The notes under the pieces were generated by a model. That model did no database searches. It had not been told where the DNA came from and worked only from the letters and a program-made list of their open reading frames with translations. A stretch of 64,000 bases of DNA from Octopus sinensis (Eukaryota): NCBI RefSeq assembly GCF_006345805.1, contig NC_043000.1, positions 41,602,001-41,666,000 of the forward strand. Reading direction: 5' to 3'. The position numbers and the translations under genes were made by a program. Below are positions 63,756-64,000 of this stretch, piece by piece. Each line of letters begins with the position of its first letter. Position 1 is the stretch's first letter.

Positions 63756-64000
63756 ATACATACACACAGAATTTTTCTACTTTTATTCTTTTTACAAAGA
63801 ACCTTATCTGTTCGCTATCTCAAGAGCAATCGCCATGTCGTTTTAAATATGTCCTATTCCTCTAGATAAACTGATTGAATCCATTTAGTTCAGGGCTTTT
63901 CCTGTATAAGCTAGTCCTTCGTGTTCTAATTTTGACAGCAGTTTTCAATTACAATAGATATTTTATTTTGTGTCAGGACGCAAATTTATTTTTAATTTTG

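Overview
AT-rich, microsatellite-saturated animal DNA. The SINE and other repeat families point to Octopus (inference), and the window looks intronic or intergenic. No intact host gene, rRNA, true tRNA or CRISPR array is supportable, and almost all listed ORFs are translations of (TA)n/(CA)n/(TATG)n. Supportable content: several tRNA-derived SINE families; Tc1/mariner relics of four types (DD41D and DD37D with both TIRs, a degenerate DD34D mariner, Tc1 fragments); a young 5'-truncated CR1-group LINE with a 9-bp TSD; a decayed R4/Dong-like LINE; two non-autonomous Helitrons; hAT-, piggyBac- and long-TIR MITEs; and many Penelope-like element (PLE) relics, several as long fold-backs. The strongest signal is about ten minimal hammerhead-ribozyme-like motifs from at least six unrelated repeat families. 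They share one architecture (short stem I, core, stem II, GAAA, palindromic stem III, UH) but have different cores: CUGAUGA, CUGAAGA, CUGUNGA, CCGAYGA, and an apparently compensated G3-C8 core GUGAACA at 59701-59751. Minimal PLE hammerheads are a known class, so any novelty lies in the variants and their density, and activity is untested. A few weak candidate exons and one candidate promoter are flagged at low confidence. SINE and fragment boundaries are approximate and were read by eye.
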